A stretch of 64,000 bases of DNA from Epithemia pelagica (lineage: Eukaryota > Protista > Bacillariophyta), in contig OX337240.1 in assembly GCA_946965045.2 (NCBI GenBank), positions 2,294,001 through 2,358,000 of the forward strand, given 5' to 3'. Position numbers and translations under genes: made by a program. Below, in pieces: positions 46,401 through 56,749 of this stretch (within the stretch, counting starts at the first letter, position 1; each line of letters opens with the position of its first letter). The notes under the pieces were generated by a model that made no database searches, was not told where the DNA came from, and was given only the letters and a program-made list of their open reading frames with translations.

Positions 46401-46703
46401 CGGCGTTTCGGTTGGTGTTGCAGTCGGCGTTGCGGTTGGTGTCTCAGTCGGCGTTTCGGTTGGTGTCTCAGTCGGCGTTTCGGTTGGTGTTTCGGGGCAA
46501 GTCGTTGGGAGTTTGACAGACCACACACACACTTCGTCGTTGTTTCCTTGTCCTAGACAGGCAGGAATAAAATTTGGGTCGTTGTTTCCTTGGCAGTGTA
46601 TGTCAGCTCCATCGACCATGATATCTAGTGTTGTGCTGTTTTCACAACCACTTCCATCCTTATACACAAAAAAAGAGTTTCTCCCGGAAGTCCGACTTGG
46701 CAT
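43464..46703 (-). pseudogene. Disrupted mucin-like Pro/Thr-repeat extracellular protein with Lys-rich tail
   Basis: Cys domain, then ~2.7 kb of TPTA/TPTG and [12 protein letters not shown] repeats, then KS/GK-rich tail. Lesions: TGA at 45519-45521, 7-nt deletion ~45070, TAA at 43780-43782, 1-nt shift ~43711. The 5' end is missing. Confidence 0.7.
43780..46490. repeat. Coding tandem repeat array (12/24-nt units plus ~48-60-nt higher-order units)
   Basis: Repeated ggtgttgccgt(a/g)ggagttcc(a/g)gtt and gtcgactgaggaac units. Confidence 0.95.
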
Positions 46704-46706
46704 TGC

Positions 46707-47989
46707 TCAGGAAGGGCATCGTTTCTGAGGGATCAACTCAAAGCCGTAGTCTAATGCGAATCCGTCCTTGTAGAATTCCGCCATGATTGAACATGTAATT
46801 GTATAACGCACATTCGGTAAATCCCAGTCATACGGCTCAAATTCTTGGCCCATTTTCTGTTGCTGGGGTATCAAAAAGCCAGCGATTGTCAGCTCTCGCT
46901 CACGACCATTCAATTCCGCTTTTGTCTTGGGACCTCCATAGAGCACTTGGACAAATTCTGTCGGGATGTTGTCCAATTCGCTGTACCGGCCGCCAACTCG
47001 GACGGCTCGAGACTCTTTCCAATACTCAAACAAGCCCATCGTCCATCCATTGAGTCCTCTTTTCCTGCTTTCCGCCAGAGCTTGTCTGACACGTGTGATA
47101 GTTTCTCGAAATCCCATTCGTCGCCAATCGAACCTTCTTGCTCTTGTTTCACCCAATCCATGGAATGCATAAAGATTCCACGGTGTCCGGAGCACAGTTT
47201 CATCAAGAAATCAACCGAATCCGCACTCAAACGCACCCCCGCATCCTTGAGGAGATGTACAAGAGTGTTTCCCGCAGGAATTGGAGGGTGCCACAGATGC
47301 CGTGCCGTGACTTATGGTGGCGTCGTGCAGTCGACGCCATCTTTATGTCCAGTTGCAGCTGCGGAAAGGAAAAGAATTTTGGGACCATTCCGCGTTTCTG
47401 TCTCCTTCACAACAAGGCGAATCACATCCGGAAAAGAGAAAAGGATATGGGCTTCATCGATCACAATTGTCTTGCCTTGTTTTCCAATATCTCGCAGTGC
47501 TTTTCTGGTTCTTACGACGAGGTCGCCCTCCTGAAGTAGGTCCGTTCTACCACTTGCTTGGACAAACTGCTCATACCAGCCATCCGTCGTACCGGCATAT
47601 TCCACCTCCACGAATTCATTCCTCAACTCTTTCACCATGTATTGTGCAAGAGTTGTTTTTCCGGAAGCCACCCCAGCCCGAACAAACACCACGCGGTATT
47701 TCTCTAGCAAGACCTTGATCTTTTTCACTGTTTCTTCCACCGAAATAAAAACATTGTCCTCCACGTTCGGCACTCTGCCAACTGTCGGAATTCGCCGTGA
47801 ACGACGAGAGGAGGTTGTCTGTTGAACATCAGGATGCTCGTCTCCCATCGTTGTCTCGTTGTGTTGTGTGCCTGCTGCTTTGAGGAACTCGCCCGTAGGA
47901 TTCCGTAGGAGACTAGGACTCCCCCTCCTTGTTGCGTGCTTGTGCCTGCTCTTTGTTTCCTTCCGCTCCGTCGTGGTCATGTTGTGCAC
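46707..47989 (-). pseudogene. P-loop NTPase pseudogene (resembles Crinkler-type NTPase modules), truncated
   Basis: Walker A RAGVASGKTTLA and Walker B TIVIDEAH. In-frame TAA at 47312-47314 and a frameshift near 47110; the sequence stops at the junction with the PT-repeat gene. Confidence 0.65.
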
Positions 47990-47999
47990 GGCGTTGCAT

Positions 48000-48120
48000 A
48001 ATTGTAGGGGGAATTGAAGCTGAATAGGGGGCCTATTTCGGGGGAAGGCTTGTTCCAGCTTCCAGCCCCGAAAGAGTATCTCCTAGAGCTAGCGAGTCAA
48101 TTTAAACGCGTTTAGGTCAC
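48000..48120. repeat. Dispersed repeat, copy A
   Basis: ctgaatagggggcctatttcgggggaaggcttgttcca...cctagagcta...cgcgtttaggtca, homologous to 57995-58121. Confidence 0.8.
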
Positions 48121-48156
48121 ATTTTGCAATAATAAAAACGCGTTCTTCGGTAACCT

Positions 48157-49222
48157 TCACGTCGCACTTATCCGGAATAATGCTGAATAAGCCTGTTTCA
48201 ATTTCAATGGATATTGCCGGAATTCAGATGTAAATGTCAAGTCGGCTGGTCCAAGTTCAGCCTCTGCAACAAATAAAAAAGAAAGGGTTTCGGAGACGCT
48301 TTCACTTACTTCGACGTCGAACAAACCAAGTCTTCTGGTCTCGGGATCTCCTTCTTCTAAGTACGATGAAGTCATATCCAAGGATGCTTCTAGGTCCAGC
48401 TGGTCAAAAATCTCGTCAAGGGATCCATCTCGGACGACCCATGTGCTGCTGCGATCACCATTTTGCTGGGACAGAGACACCTGCTGAACGAGAAAGGGAG
48501 TTCCACTCATATCTCTTCCAGTGATCCAGTCCATTGCTTCCAGACCTTGAATGATAACATCGTCATCGTCGCTGCTGGTAAACTGGAATTCATTATCCGA
48601 ACGAACTGCTTCAATCCAGTCATAGTCATCCAGGGGCAGAATGCGTTGTACGTCTGGGCTTATTACGGGATTGGTCTTGGAGGTACGAATGTCATAGTCA
48701 TCCAGGGGCAGAATGCGTTGTACGTCTGGGCTTATTACGGGATTGGTCTTGGAGGTACGAATGGAGGTTGCGCTACGACCTTGTGATTCAAAGAAGCTGT
48801 CCTCGTCGTTCGAGTCATTGCCCACCTGTGCTACGACCAAGAGGTTGTACAAGGTGCCATCTTTGAGAAAGTCTGTTTTTCTATCACAAAGGAAGTTGCA
48901 GTGGATGTACGGAAGATCTCCAGGATGTTGCCATTTTCAGAAAGTTCTTGAACGGAACGTTGCGGAAATTGAAACGGTGCCTCGGCAATGAAAATGATGT
49001 ACTGGACATCACCACAATCTTTCGAATCAAAATCAGAGTTCATTGTGTCGAGTCGGGCCACGACCTGGGCAGGTCTCCACTGAACTTGGACCACCCCCAT
49101 CTCGGCGGAGTACGCAGACGATATTCCTTGAAACAGTAGCATGGCGTCCTCCGTTCGACAGCTACTTCGCGGATCTTTTTTCTTCTTGGAGCTCTTGTCC
49201 TTCTTGGAGCTTTTTCATTCAT
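48157..49222 (-). pseudogene. Frameshifted gene of unknown function with an internal 72-bp exact duplication
   Basis: ORFs 48831-49142 and 48157-48852 join across a 1-nt shift (KMAP/LYNLLVV). IRTSKTNPVISPDVQRILPLDDYD occurs twice (48619-48762). Confidence 0.5.
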
Positions 49223-49651
49223 CTTTTTTGCGCTTCTTCTTCTTTTTTTCTCGATGGACGTTTTCGGAGGATAACACTAGCAAAATAGCAGTGCCTACGA
49301 CCTGTTGGAAAAAATGACAAGACCAAAGTCCATCAGCACTCGGGAACGCCCGGCGCTAAAATTCAAGCAATGATGGGAAGTACTTACAAAGGGAGTCACG
49401 AACGAGTACGCGAGCCAGAACGGAAAAACGTAACGTTCGCTGACGTAGTGAAATTTGGGAAATCAAAACCAACAAAACAAAATGAGACAAAGGCTCATTC
49501 TTTGGAAACAATCAAGGCAGTAAAGTAAAATTACGTTTTACATCTTACAATGTAGTGGATCAGCTGACGGCCACAACCACTTCGTACAACATTGTTTCCA
49601 AAGAAAATTACGTTTTGTATTTCACTGCCACCAAGCAAGGTCCTTCATGTC

Positions 49652-49820
49652 TGAAAAGGGTATGTATTCGTAAAATTATGATAGAAGATTACCTAGTTCG
49701 TACGTTCCTAAAAGATATGCAAGTAGTGCGTCATCCAGAGTGTGAGGCTGGTTGGGCAAGGTGACGTCGACCCTATACGTCAGCCCTATGGCTAGTCTCC
49801 ATTAGGTCGCGCCCTTTTCA
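49652..49820 (-). repeat. 3' LTR
   Basis: TGAAAAGGG...CCCTTTTCA, identical to 56581-56749. Confidence 0.97.
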
Positions 49821-49829
49821 CTCCCTCTC
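49821..49829 (-). promoter_or_regulatory. Polypurine tract
   Basis: GAGAGGGAG on the minus strand abutting the 3' LTR. Confidence 0.8.
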
Positions 49830-49887
49830 AGCCGAACACGGATGAGATAATGGCTTTGAAATGTGTAAATTGTGAGAATAGATTTGG

Positions 49888-52800
49888 TCACCACCCACAG
49901 AGGAGCTTCCGAATGTGTTCGAATGTGGTTTGTGTGAGACCTTTCGTCAAGATGTCGGCGCGTTGTTGTGTCGTATCCACTTTGACGACTCGCAGCCGAT
50001 CACTGATATGCTGTCGAAACCAATGAATCTTAACAGCGTAGTATTTCGATCGTGGTGTGATCCGCCCGGGTTCTAGGTTGGCCAAAGTCAAGGCTCCCAT
50101 GTTATCTTCCCAGATTGTCGTTTTAAATGTTGTTGTGTATTCTTTGCTGAGCCCAACTCCTTCTGCAACGTGGGTCAGCAACTCTTGTAGTGGTAGGACC
50201 GATTTCAACGACTCGCTCAGTGCGTTATATTCGGCCTCCATAGTGCTCAAGGCAATGGATGTTTGTAGTTTACTTGTCCAAACCATGGGACAATTTGCCA
50301 GACAGATCACAAATCCTGTACGACTTTTCACACAGGTCGAGTCCAGCTTTTCTTCATATGGCCACAATCCAGCGAAGTCGGCGTCGACAAAACAATCGAT
50401 GTCCAGACTTGTGGCGGGCTTAAGGATCAGTCCTTGGTCTTGCGTGTGCTTAAGGTACTGTCCAATCTTTTCAACCGCTTGCTCATGGGATCTCTTTGGA
50501 CTGAAAGCAAAGCGTGCACATTGGCTCACCGCATAGGTAATGTCGGGGCGACTGTGTGCCTGTAAATATTGTAGCATCCCAATCACACTTGCATAATTGT
50601 ATCTGCCTTGTGGGGGATCTCCATTCTTGTCCTCTATCAGGGGCTTAGAAAGAGCTGGGGTACAACTCCGGTCCAAGTCACCAACTTGTAGGGCTTCTAA
50701 GATGCGTTTAATCAAGCCCTTCTGTACTAGCTTGATTGTTCCTTGGGTCTCGTCCCTTTCAATATGGACACCCAGAAAACCAGCAACGCTGTCCTCAACA
50801 TCGAGTTCTGCGTGCTCTTCGGTTTTCAGTCTGTTGAGTACCTCATCAATGTACTCTCTTTTGGGACTGTAAAATAGCGTGTCATCCACATAGACTACGG
50901 CTATTACCTTGTCCGAAATAAATAGGCATGGATCAACCGAGTCCTGGGCAACAAAGCCGACTCGTTCCAATTGCCCTTTAAAGTGTTGAAAGAAATTCCG
51001 TGGGGCTTGTTTCAGGCCGTACAGTGAACGCTTCAGCTTCAGTACTTTGCCGTCTTGTCCGAATCCTCTGGGCATCTCAACGTAGACACCGCTCCTTTCC
51101 CGCTCTTGACGTGTCATTGAGTCCCATTTGGGATCACGATCAATTGGGGCGTGAAGGAATGCCGCAGTATAGTCTACCTGCACCGTTGCAAGGTTAAGGA
51201 TAATCGACAGGATAAGCATTAGGCGGACTGTAGTCCAGTTCACCACTGGAGCAAAGGTGTCGAAGAAGTCTATCCCTTCCACCTGGTAATCTCCACGAGC
51301 ACAGAATCGTGCTTTCAACTTCTTGACCGTTCCATCTGGGAAACGCTTTCTCTTGAACGCCCAAGTTGATGGGATGACGTTCATCCAAGGTTCGCGATCG
51401 ACGACTATCCAGGCTTTCATCAGGCGGAATAGCGTATCGATCTCCTTCTTGCATGCTTCCATGAAGCCAGCAGCATCTGGTCCACTCATGGCTTCGTTCC
51501 ATCGTGGGTTATCTGCTGCGTCGGCCTTGGTAATGAGGAACATCGGATGCATAGCTTCCACAGTTCCCGTCTTAGGGTTGGTGTTCATAGCTAGGATGCG
51601 ACTCATTAGCGTTGACTGAGATGACTTGAGGTCACGAATGGTTGAGGTCCAATCAAGTCTTGCCAGGAATGAATCGTTAAGGCAGTCACGTTTCACCTTG
51701 AGTCGCGCATAATCGTCGTGACCAAATAAGGCGTGTTCTTTCCACCGTTCGCGCGAGTACGCAGCATACTTAGGATTGGGCTTGCGTGCGCGCTTGCCAC
51801 GACCAAAATGCATTTCATCCGGCTGTTCCAGGTGCTGGGCACGTCTCATTTTCTCCTGTGCCCGGACTGGATCTTCCACATCCTGCTCCTCATTCTCAAA
51901 AATCACAACTTCGTCTCCAGAGTCAATGGTGGAGTTGTTTGGGCCGTCCCATACTCCATCCATCACCAAAGGAGGAATCAAGTCCTGGGGATCGTCGTCA
52001 GGAGGAGCTGCTGGTGGATTTGGCTCCACATCCAAATCAAGGGGAGGAAAAAGAGGTTCCCCATCGTTGATCTCACCATCACCATTGTCCTCTCCCTCTG
52101 GAGCCAAGGGCACCAGAGCTCCCTCTGGAGCGGCCGCTCCCTCTGGAGCAGGGGCGCGTGGAGGAAGGATAGGAGGCATAGGCAAGGGGTTAATACGAGC
52201 CATGTCGTTTTGTTGGTGCCGTAGGGCATCAATCTCGTCAGGAGTGAGCCAATCTTGGTGGAGGGGTGGTGGCTGGGGCTGCGCGTCCTCAAAGTCACCA
52301 TCATCAATTCGCTCCAGACCAGAGGCCACCAACTGGTCCCAAAAAGACCCAGTAAACATATCTTGTTGTAGGACACCGCCGGTTTCGGCATTAGGAACAC
52401 TTGAAAAGAGGTCGTCGTAGACGACGTGATATTGCGGGCTAACATAGCCAGTCGCAATATTCAGAATTAAGCCCACCGTGCTAGAATGGTCGGGAGAAAC
52501 GCCAAGATATTGCCCTCGTCGGGCACGTGGCGACCATTTAGGGAGCTTCTTTCCGTCCTGAATCTTGGGGTCCAGTACATAGACTGGGCATCCCCACACA
52601 TGGCTTCGATGTAGATGGTCCAAGGTAGGGAAGACTGTGCCAGAGAAAAGTTCAAGCGGGGCCATAAACGAGCCACGCTTGGGAAGGTTATTCCACATCC
52701 ATACTGCGTGGTTGAGGGCAAATGGCCAGAGGCTTAAATCGTGAGCATGCTCAGGCCAGTGCAACACAGCGTGTAGCATCATAGTACGGGCCCAAGAGGT

Positions 52801-54690
52801 TACCGTACGAACGCCGCGCTCGGCCACACCGTTTTGGTGATGGGCCCCCACACCAGAAAACGACAGGGACTGACCAGCATGTTTCACTGCGTCCACAAAC
52901 TTGGTATTGCCAAAAGGGGCATTATCCGCCAGATACGACTTGACGGTGACTCCATGGTCCTGTGCAAACCGTTCGAACTGAAGTTTGGCTTCGATGGTTT
53001 CACCAGTGTTTAGGGAGACTTGATGTACACAATGCATCAGTCCCGTAGCATGGTCGATAAAGAGCGTGCCGCCAGTGTACTGGTCCTTCTTTGGTTCTTT
53101 GCCGCGTGTATGCGGAAGACGGCCAGTCAACGTCGAGTCATATTGGTCAAGACTGACGCAGTCACCGGGACGAAGATTATTTGACCGAGTGACCATAAAA
53201 CGACCATCCTTGGTGTTAGTGTGCTGTGTGTTTGCACCGCGACGCCGCTGTTTTCCCAATTGACAGGCGGCACATCGCAAACCGTTGACGGGACAACTTG
53301 ACACGTGACGGTGTCGTGTCCGAAGGATTCGGCGTCGATCGGTTTTAGGATCTCGACACAAATCTTGGATCCACTCAAAATTCGCATGGCCTAGCTTCCA
53401 GTGCCATGTCAACAGCTCTCTTTGAGCCTGTGTTACATTTTGATTCACTTCGTCCGCTACCGACATCAAACCATGACAATCAAACTCTTTGGACAATGCC
53501 ATGACATCTTCAAAGGCAAGTCCCATCTTGGTTTGGCGGCCAGACAGCATTAAGGGGAGATTGCTGTTGGGATGAAAGGGAAACTCTAGTTCGCTTCCAT
53601 CATGAAGAGTCAACCTGGAACGGAAGGCATTAACCGACAATTCGCCTTTGGCTTGTTCTTGGAAGTAGGTTTGGGGGCTAAACAGGCGGATTTGCGCCTC
53701 TGGAACGTAATAGGCACGTGTTCGGATGGTTCGTACCACTCCAAACACGTCCTTCAGTGTCCATGCAGCCATCCCTACTCCAACCACAGTCGTTGTACTC
53801 GACAATCCATTGAGCTCGGTTGTCTCACAATCCTTGATTGGTCCATCGAAATCTTCCAGCCGAGGAGTCAAAGACGTTGATGCTCCTGTATCAATCACTA
53901 CAGGAAGGTCGGCATCATCGGCTGCATTGAGATAGACTGACATGCGTTGCTGCAGCAAAGGTGGCAGTGATCCTTGTTTGACTTGGGAAGGCACAGCACC
54001 AGTCAGCTTGGCAGCAGCAATCATTGCTTTTTGCATGCGTTTCTTTGGTGCATGACTTTTGGAGAAAGGTGACCCACTCAGTACCCGTATAGCGTGGAAC
54101 TGGGCTAGAGGATCTGGACCTTTTCTTGGCCAAGGCTTGAAGATGGCATCTTCCAGCTCCTCCATCGTTCCAAACCAACGAGAAAGTCGCTCTGATGTTC
54201 GATCTGGCGGCTCCTCTTGTTGTATTGTCCACGTTGTAGGGACATAGATTCCTTGGAAGTTAAACTCATAGCTATCCGTTGCACTTCTTCGTGGTATGGT
54301 AGCTTTCTTGTGTTTCGGTTTCTTGCCTCGCCTTGCGCGTCGTCTTGGAAGGCGCGCTCTGGCTTTAGTAAAGGGAGTCCGTTGAATATCAATCGTACCA
54401 GCCCATGTAACCGTCGAATCCGTTACGACGTTAAAGGCCATACTCTGTGTGGTAAAGCGCCGTCGTACGTGATAAATCCGAGTCTTGCGACGTCGTCGTA
54501 TCTGGTTGGGACCAAACATCGCACGCGAAAAAGGGTTGCGTCCACGTGCACCTCCCTCTCGCAAACAGATGGAGACGAAAGACGCACAAGCGAACGGACA
54601 AAGGGGGCAATACTGTGACTCAAAGGACAAGGCCCAGTGCATCATGGAACGAAAACACAAAACGAGGATCACAGAAAAAGAAAACAACAA
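49888..54690 (-). CDS. pol: Copia pol (protease, integrase, RT, RNase H); frame is open from 54780
   Basis: IDTGAS, WHWKLGH...CAAC, SLDQ/DN/NGVAER, KARFCARGD, YVDD, VDADFAG, EAEY, WEDN and ADILTK. Confidence 0.95.
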   Translation of the reverse strand: MLFSFSVILVLCFRSMMHWALSFESQYCPLCPFACASFVSICLREGGARGRNPFSRAMFGPNQIRRRRKTRIYHVRRRFTTQSMAFNVVTDSTVTWAGTIDIQRTPFTKARARLPRRRARRGKKPKHKKATIPRRSATDSYEFNFQGIYVPTTWTIQQEEPPDRTSERLSRWFGTMEELEDAIFKPWPRKGPDPLAQFHAIRVLSGSPFSKSHAPKKRMQKAMIAAAKLTGAVPSQVKQGSLPPLLQQRMSVYLNAADDADLPVVIDTGASTSLTPRLEDFDGPIKDCETTELNGLSSTTTVVGVGMAAWTLKDVFGVVRTIRTRAYYVPEAQIRLFSPQTYFQEQAKGELSVNAFRSRLTLHDGSELEFPFHPNSNLPLMLSGRQTKMGLAFEDVMALSKEFDCHGLMSVADEVNQNVTQAQRELLTWHWKLGHANFEWIQDLCRDPKTDRRRILRTRHRHVSSCPVNGLRCAACQLGKQRRRGANTQHTNTKDGRFMVTRSNNLRPGDCVSLDQYDSTLTGRLPHTRGKEPKKDQYTGGTLFIDHATGLMHCVHQVSLNTGETIEAKLQFERFAQDHGVTVKSYLADNAPFGNTKFVDAVKHAGQSLSFSGVGAHHQNGVAERGVRTVTSWARTMMLHAVLHWPEHAHDLSLWPFALNHAVWMWNNLPKRGSFMAPLELFSGTVFPTLDHLHRSHVWGCPVYVLDPKIQDGKKLPKWSPRARRGQYLGVSPDHSSTVGLILNIATGYVSPQYHVVYDDLFSSVPNAETGGVLQQDMFTGSFWDQLVASGLERIDDGDFEDAQPQPPPLHQDWLTPDEIDALRHQQNDMARINPLPMPPILPPRAPAPEGAAAPEGALVPLAPEGEDNGDGEINDGEPLFPPLDLDVEPNPPAAPPDDDPQDLIPPLVMDGVWDGPNNSTIDSGDEVVIFENEEQDVEDPVRAQEKMRRAQHLEQPDEMHFGRGKRARKPNPKYAAYSRERWKEHALFGHDDYARLKVKRDCLNDSFLARLDWTSTIRDLKSSQSTLMSRILAMNTNPKTGTVEAMHPMFLITKADAADNPRWNEAMSGPDAAGFMEACKKEIDTLFRLMKAWIVVDREPWMNVIPSTWAFKRKRFPDGTVKKLKARFCARGDYQVEGIDFFDTFAPVVNWTTVRLMLILSIILNLATVQVDYTAAFLHAPIDRDPKWDSMTRQERERSGVYVEMPRGFGQDGKVLKLKRSLYGLKQAPRNFFQHFKGQLERVGFVAQDSVDPCLFISDKVIAVVYVDDTLFYSPKREYIDEVLNRLKTEEHAELDVEDSVAGFLGVHIERDETQGTIKLVQKGLIKRILEALQVGDLDRSCTPALSKPLIEDKNGDPPQGRYNYASVIGMLQYLQAHSRPDITYAVSQCARFAFSPKRSHEQAVEKIGQYLKHTQDQGLILKPATSLDIDCFVDADFAGLWPYEEKLDSTCVKSRTGFVICLANCPMVWTSKLQTSIALSTMEAEYNALSESLKSVLPLQELLTHVAEGVGLSKEYTTTFKTTIWEDNMGALTLANLEPGRITPRSKYYAVKIHWFRQHISDRLRVVKVDTTQQRADILTKGLTQTTFEHIRKLLCGW

Positions 54691-54780
54691 CCAAACTGAG
54701 GTTACCCAGGTATCCCTCCTGGGAAGAGAGGTTTGAGGGAAAGGGTGGCCTGCATCGACACGAGGTCGACGGCCACGCCA

Positions 54781-56373
54781 TCAAGATAAGTTCTGCACCT
54801 GGGTCATTAAAGACTCAAGGGTGCGCTCAAGAACGCGACGAGACTGAGCGTGGGTCGTCGCAGCAGAGCCAGTGGCAGCAACATTGGCAGTGGCACCAGC
54901 AAACCGCACTGGGGAGGTCGAGGTCGAAGAGTCGGTTGCTGGAGCGGCTTGATCGTTGGCAACATTGCCTTGAGGCTTGTTCCAACGTTTGGTAGTGGCA
55001 TCCCAGTGCATGGTTTTGCCATCAATGATGCGCTTGCCATTCTCGTCGGACGAAGGAGGGCGCCACTTGTTAGAGCTACGGTTACGATCGCCATTGCCGT
55101 TGCCAGCGCTGGCCTTCTTCTTGGCCTGATATTTTTGACGATTGGCCTCAATGAGGGCTTCGTTCTTTGGTTTGGGGCAGTCCTTGATGGTATGTTCCCC
55201 ACCACAGTTCCAACAGACGGGCTTCCATTTCCGAGAACCGCCGGAATCAGCCGTGAGGCCACCAGCCGTGAATGTAGAGGGGCTTCCCCGTGTCTTGCTC
55301 CCCGTCCAATCGTTGGAGCGACAAAGGGAGAGATATTCTTGCTCGGCTAGATCCAACAAGGCTTCAACAGAGGGGATCTGGAACTGTGCTTGGGTAGATG
55401 GCGTAGAGCGAGTCAAGGCGCCAGCAATGCGTGCTTGGCTCTCAATTAGCTCAAACACTTTATTAAACTGATCCACGGAACTAGTCTGTAAGACCTTTAG
55501 AACCGTTTTAGAGAAATCATCGGGAACATTCGAAATTGCCTCCAATCGTTCGTGAGCACCGAGGATGAGGCTTACGATCTTAGAAACATTCTCCCCACGG
55601 ACTTTAGAAATCTTAAGATTTTCAACTGTGTCTACAAGATTCTTCGTTGCTTGTTCGGTGTGGGTCACGAGAAGCTTCATCATGATCACAAAAAGTAAAG
55701 GACCACCTTGCTGTTCGGTCTTGTAACGTTTGTACCGTTCATAGACCTTGGTCCAAAGGGAATTCTTCATGCTGGCCTCAAGTTGCTTCGCGGTTAACAT
55801 TAAGTTTTCACGATACCAAGACTTACTCGGCCATGTGGAATACCACTCGTTACTGGCAGCGACTTCTTCTTCGGAGAGATCTGCATAGAACAGATATAAA
55901 TCCTTGGGTGTCGTATTCGTCTTGAGGTTCGGTCCTGTTCCATCAGGTACAACAATAATAAACACATCATGCATGTCGTACGTAATATGTTGGCTCTTCA
56001 GACGAGACACCAAAAGATTCAAATTGTAACACTCCTCCAGCTGTTTCACGTCTGTGATGTTAGCTGATAGGAGATCAAACTTGGCAGGGGTTGAAGTAGC
56101 AGCCTTCGAGAAGAGTTCCTGGCGCTTCTCTGCACCCATCCCTTCTCGGTCTTCTTTCTTGAACAGGGCTGTCTCCACATCTTCAGACCGTGTGGCACTT
56201 GTGTTCACTTCAACCTCTTCTCCGTTAATAATTACTTTATTACTCATCGTTTCGATACTACTTAAACTTGAGTCTTCAGAGGACGACCAACCTGGTATTC
56301 TCGTGGAACCGGAATCCAAGCTTGAGTCTTCAGCAGCTGCTCCTACTCTGAGAAAGTCAGCTATCCTTTCCAT
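54781..56373 (-). CDS. gag: Copia gag
   Basis: 530 aa with zinc knuckle CWNCGGEHTIKDC, located between PBS and pol. Confidence 0.9.
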   Translation of the reverse strand: MERIADFLRVGAAAEDSSLDSGSTRIPGWSSSEDSSLSSIETMSNKVIINGEEVEVNTSATRSEDVETALFKKEDREGMGAEKRQELFSKAATSTPAKFDLLSANITDVKQLEECYNLNLLVSRLKSQHITYDMHDVFIIVVPDGTGPNLKTNTTPKDLYLFYADLSEEEVAASNEWYSTWPSKSWYRENLMLTAKQLEASMKNSLWTKVYERYKRYKTEQQGGPLLFVIMMKLLVTHTEQATKNLVDTVENLKISKVRGENVSKIVSLILGAHERLEAISNVPDDFSKTVLKVLQTSSVDQFNKVFELIESQARIAGALTRSTPSTQAQFQIPSVEALLDLAEQEYLSLCRSNDWTGSKTRGSPSTFTAGGLTADSGGSRKWKPVCWNCGGEHTIKDCPKPKNEALIEANRQKYQAKKKASAGNGNGDRNRSSNKWRPPSSDENGKRIIDGKTMHWDATTKRWNKPQGNVANDQAAPATDSSTSTSPVRFAGATANVAATGSAATTHAQSRRVLERTLESLMTQVQNLS

Positions 56374-56568
56374 TCACTGGAAAATCGCAACGAAACCACC
56401 TGGTTCTTGCTTCTTCGACGCACCACCGTTCTTTAAACGGGCTATCGAAACTGGTAGGTCTTGGGGACTTCAACGGCCGCTTGTACGGATTTCCTCAACG
56501 TCAAACGCTTGAACTGGTCCACCAAATCGTTATGGTCTTTTCGCAACAGGCTTCAATGCGTGATACTT

Positions 56569-56580
56569 GGGCTCATAACC
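56569..56580 (-). promoter_or_regulatory. Primer-binding site for internal (half-molecule) initiator tRNA-Met
   Basis: GGTTATGAGCCC immediately after the 5' LTR, complementary to GGGCUCAUAACC of the tRNAiMet anticodon arm. Confidence 0.8.
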
Positions 56581-56749
56581 TGAAAAGGGTATGTATTCGT
56601 AAAATTATGATAGAAGATTACCTAGTTCGTACGTTCCTAAAAGATATGCAAGTAGTGCGTCATCCAGAGTGTGAGGCTGGTTGGGCAAGGTGACGTCGAC
56701 CCTATACGTCAGCCCTATGGCTAGTCTCCATTAGGTCGCGCCCTTTTCA
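56581..56749 (-). repeat. 5' LTR
   Basis: Identical to 49652-49820. Confidence 0.97.

Larger units (their letters stand above)
49652..56749 (-). mobile_element. Full-length Ty1/copia LTR retrotransposon (diatom CoDi-like)
   Basis: Identical 169-bp TG...CA LTRs with 9-bp terminal inverted repeats, ATGTC TSD (49647-49651 and 56750-56754), PBS, PPT, gag, and PR-IN-RT-RH domain order. Confidence 0.97.

Noticed and set aside
44372-46728. Long plus-strand Val/Gly ORFs (236 and 533 aa) and the HQ/NTNG alternative-frame ORFs
   Set aside because: Antisense or off-frame shadows of the TPT codon repeats; only the Pro/Thr frame links to the Cys domain and tail
43464-49222. Attributing all frame disruptions to sequencing error
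   Set aside because: Tens of kb of neighbouring genes and both retroelements are lesion-free; lesions cluster and include nonsense substitutions
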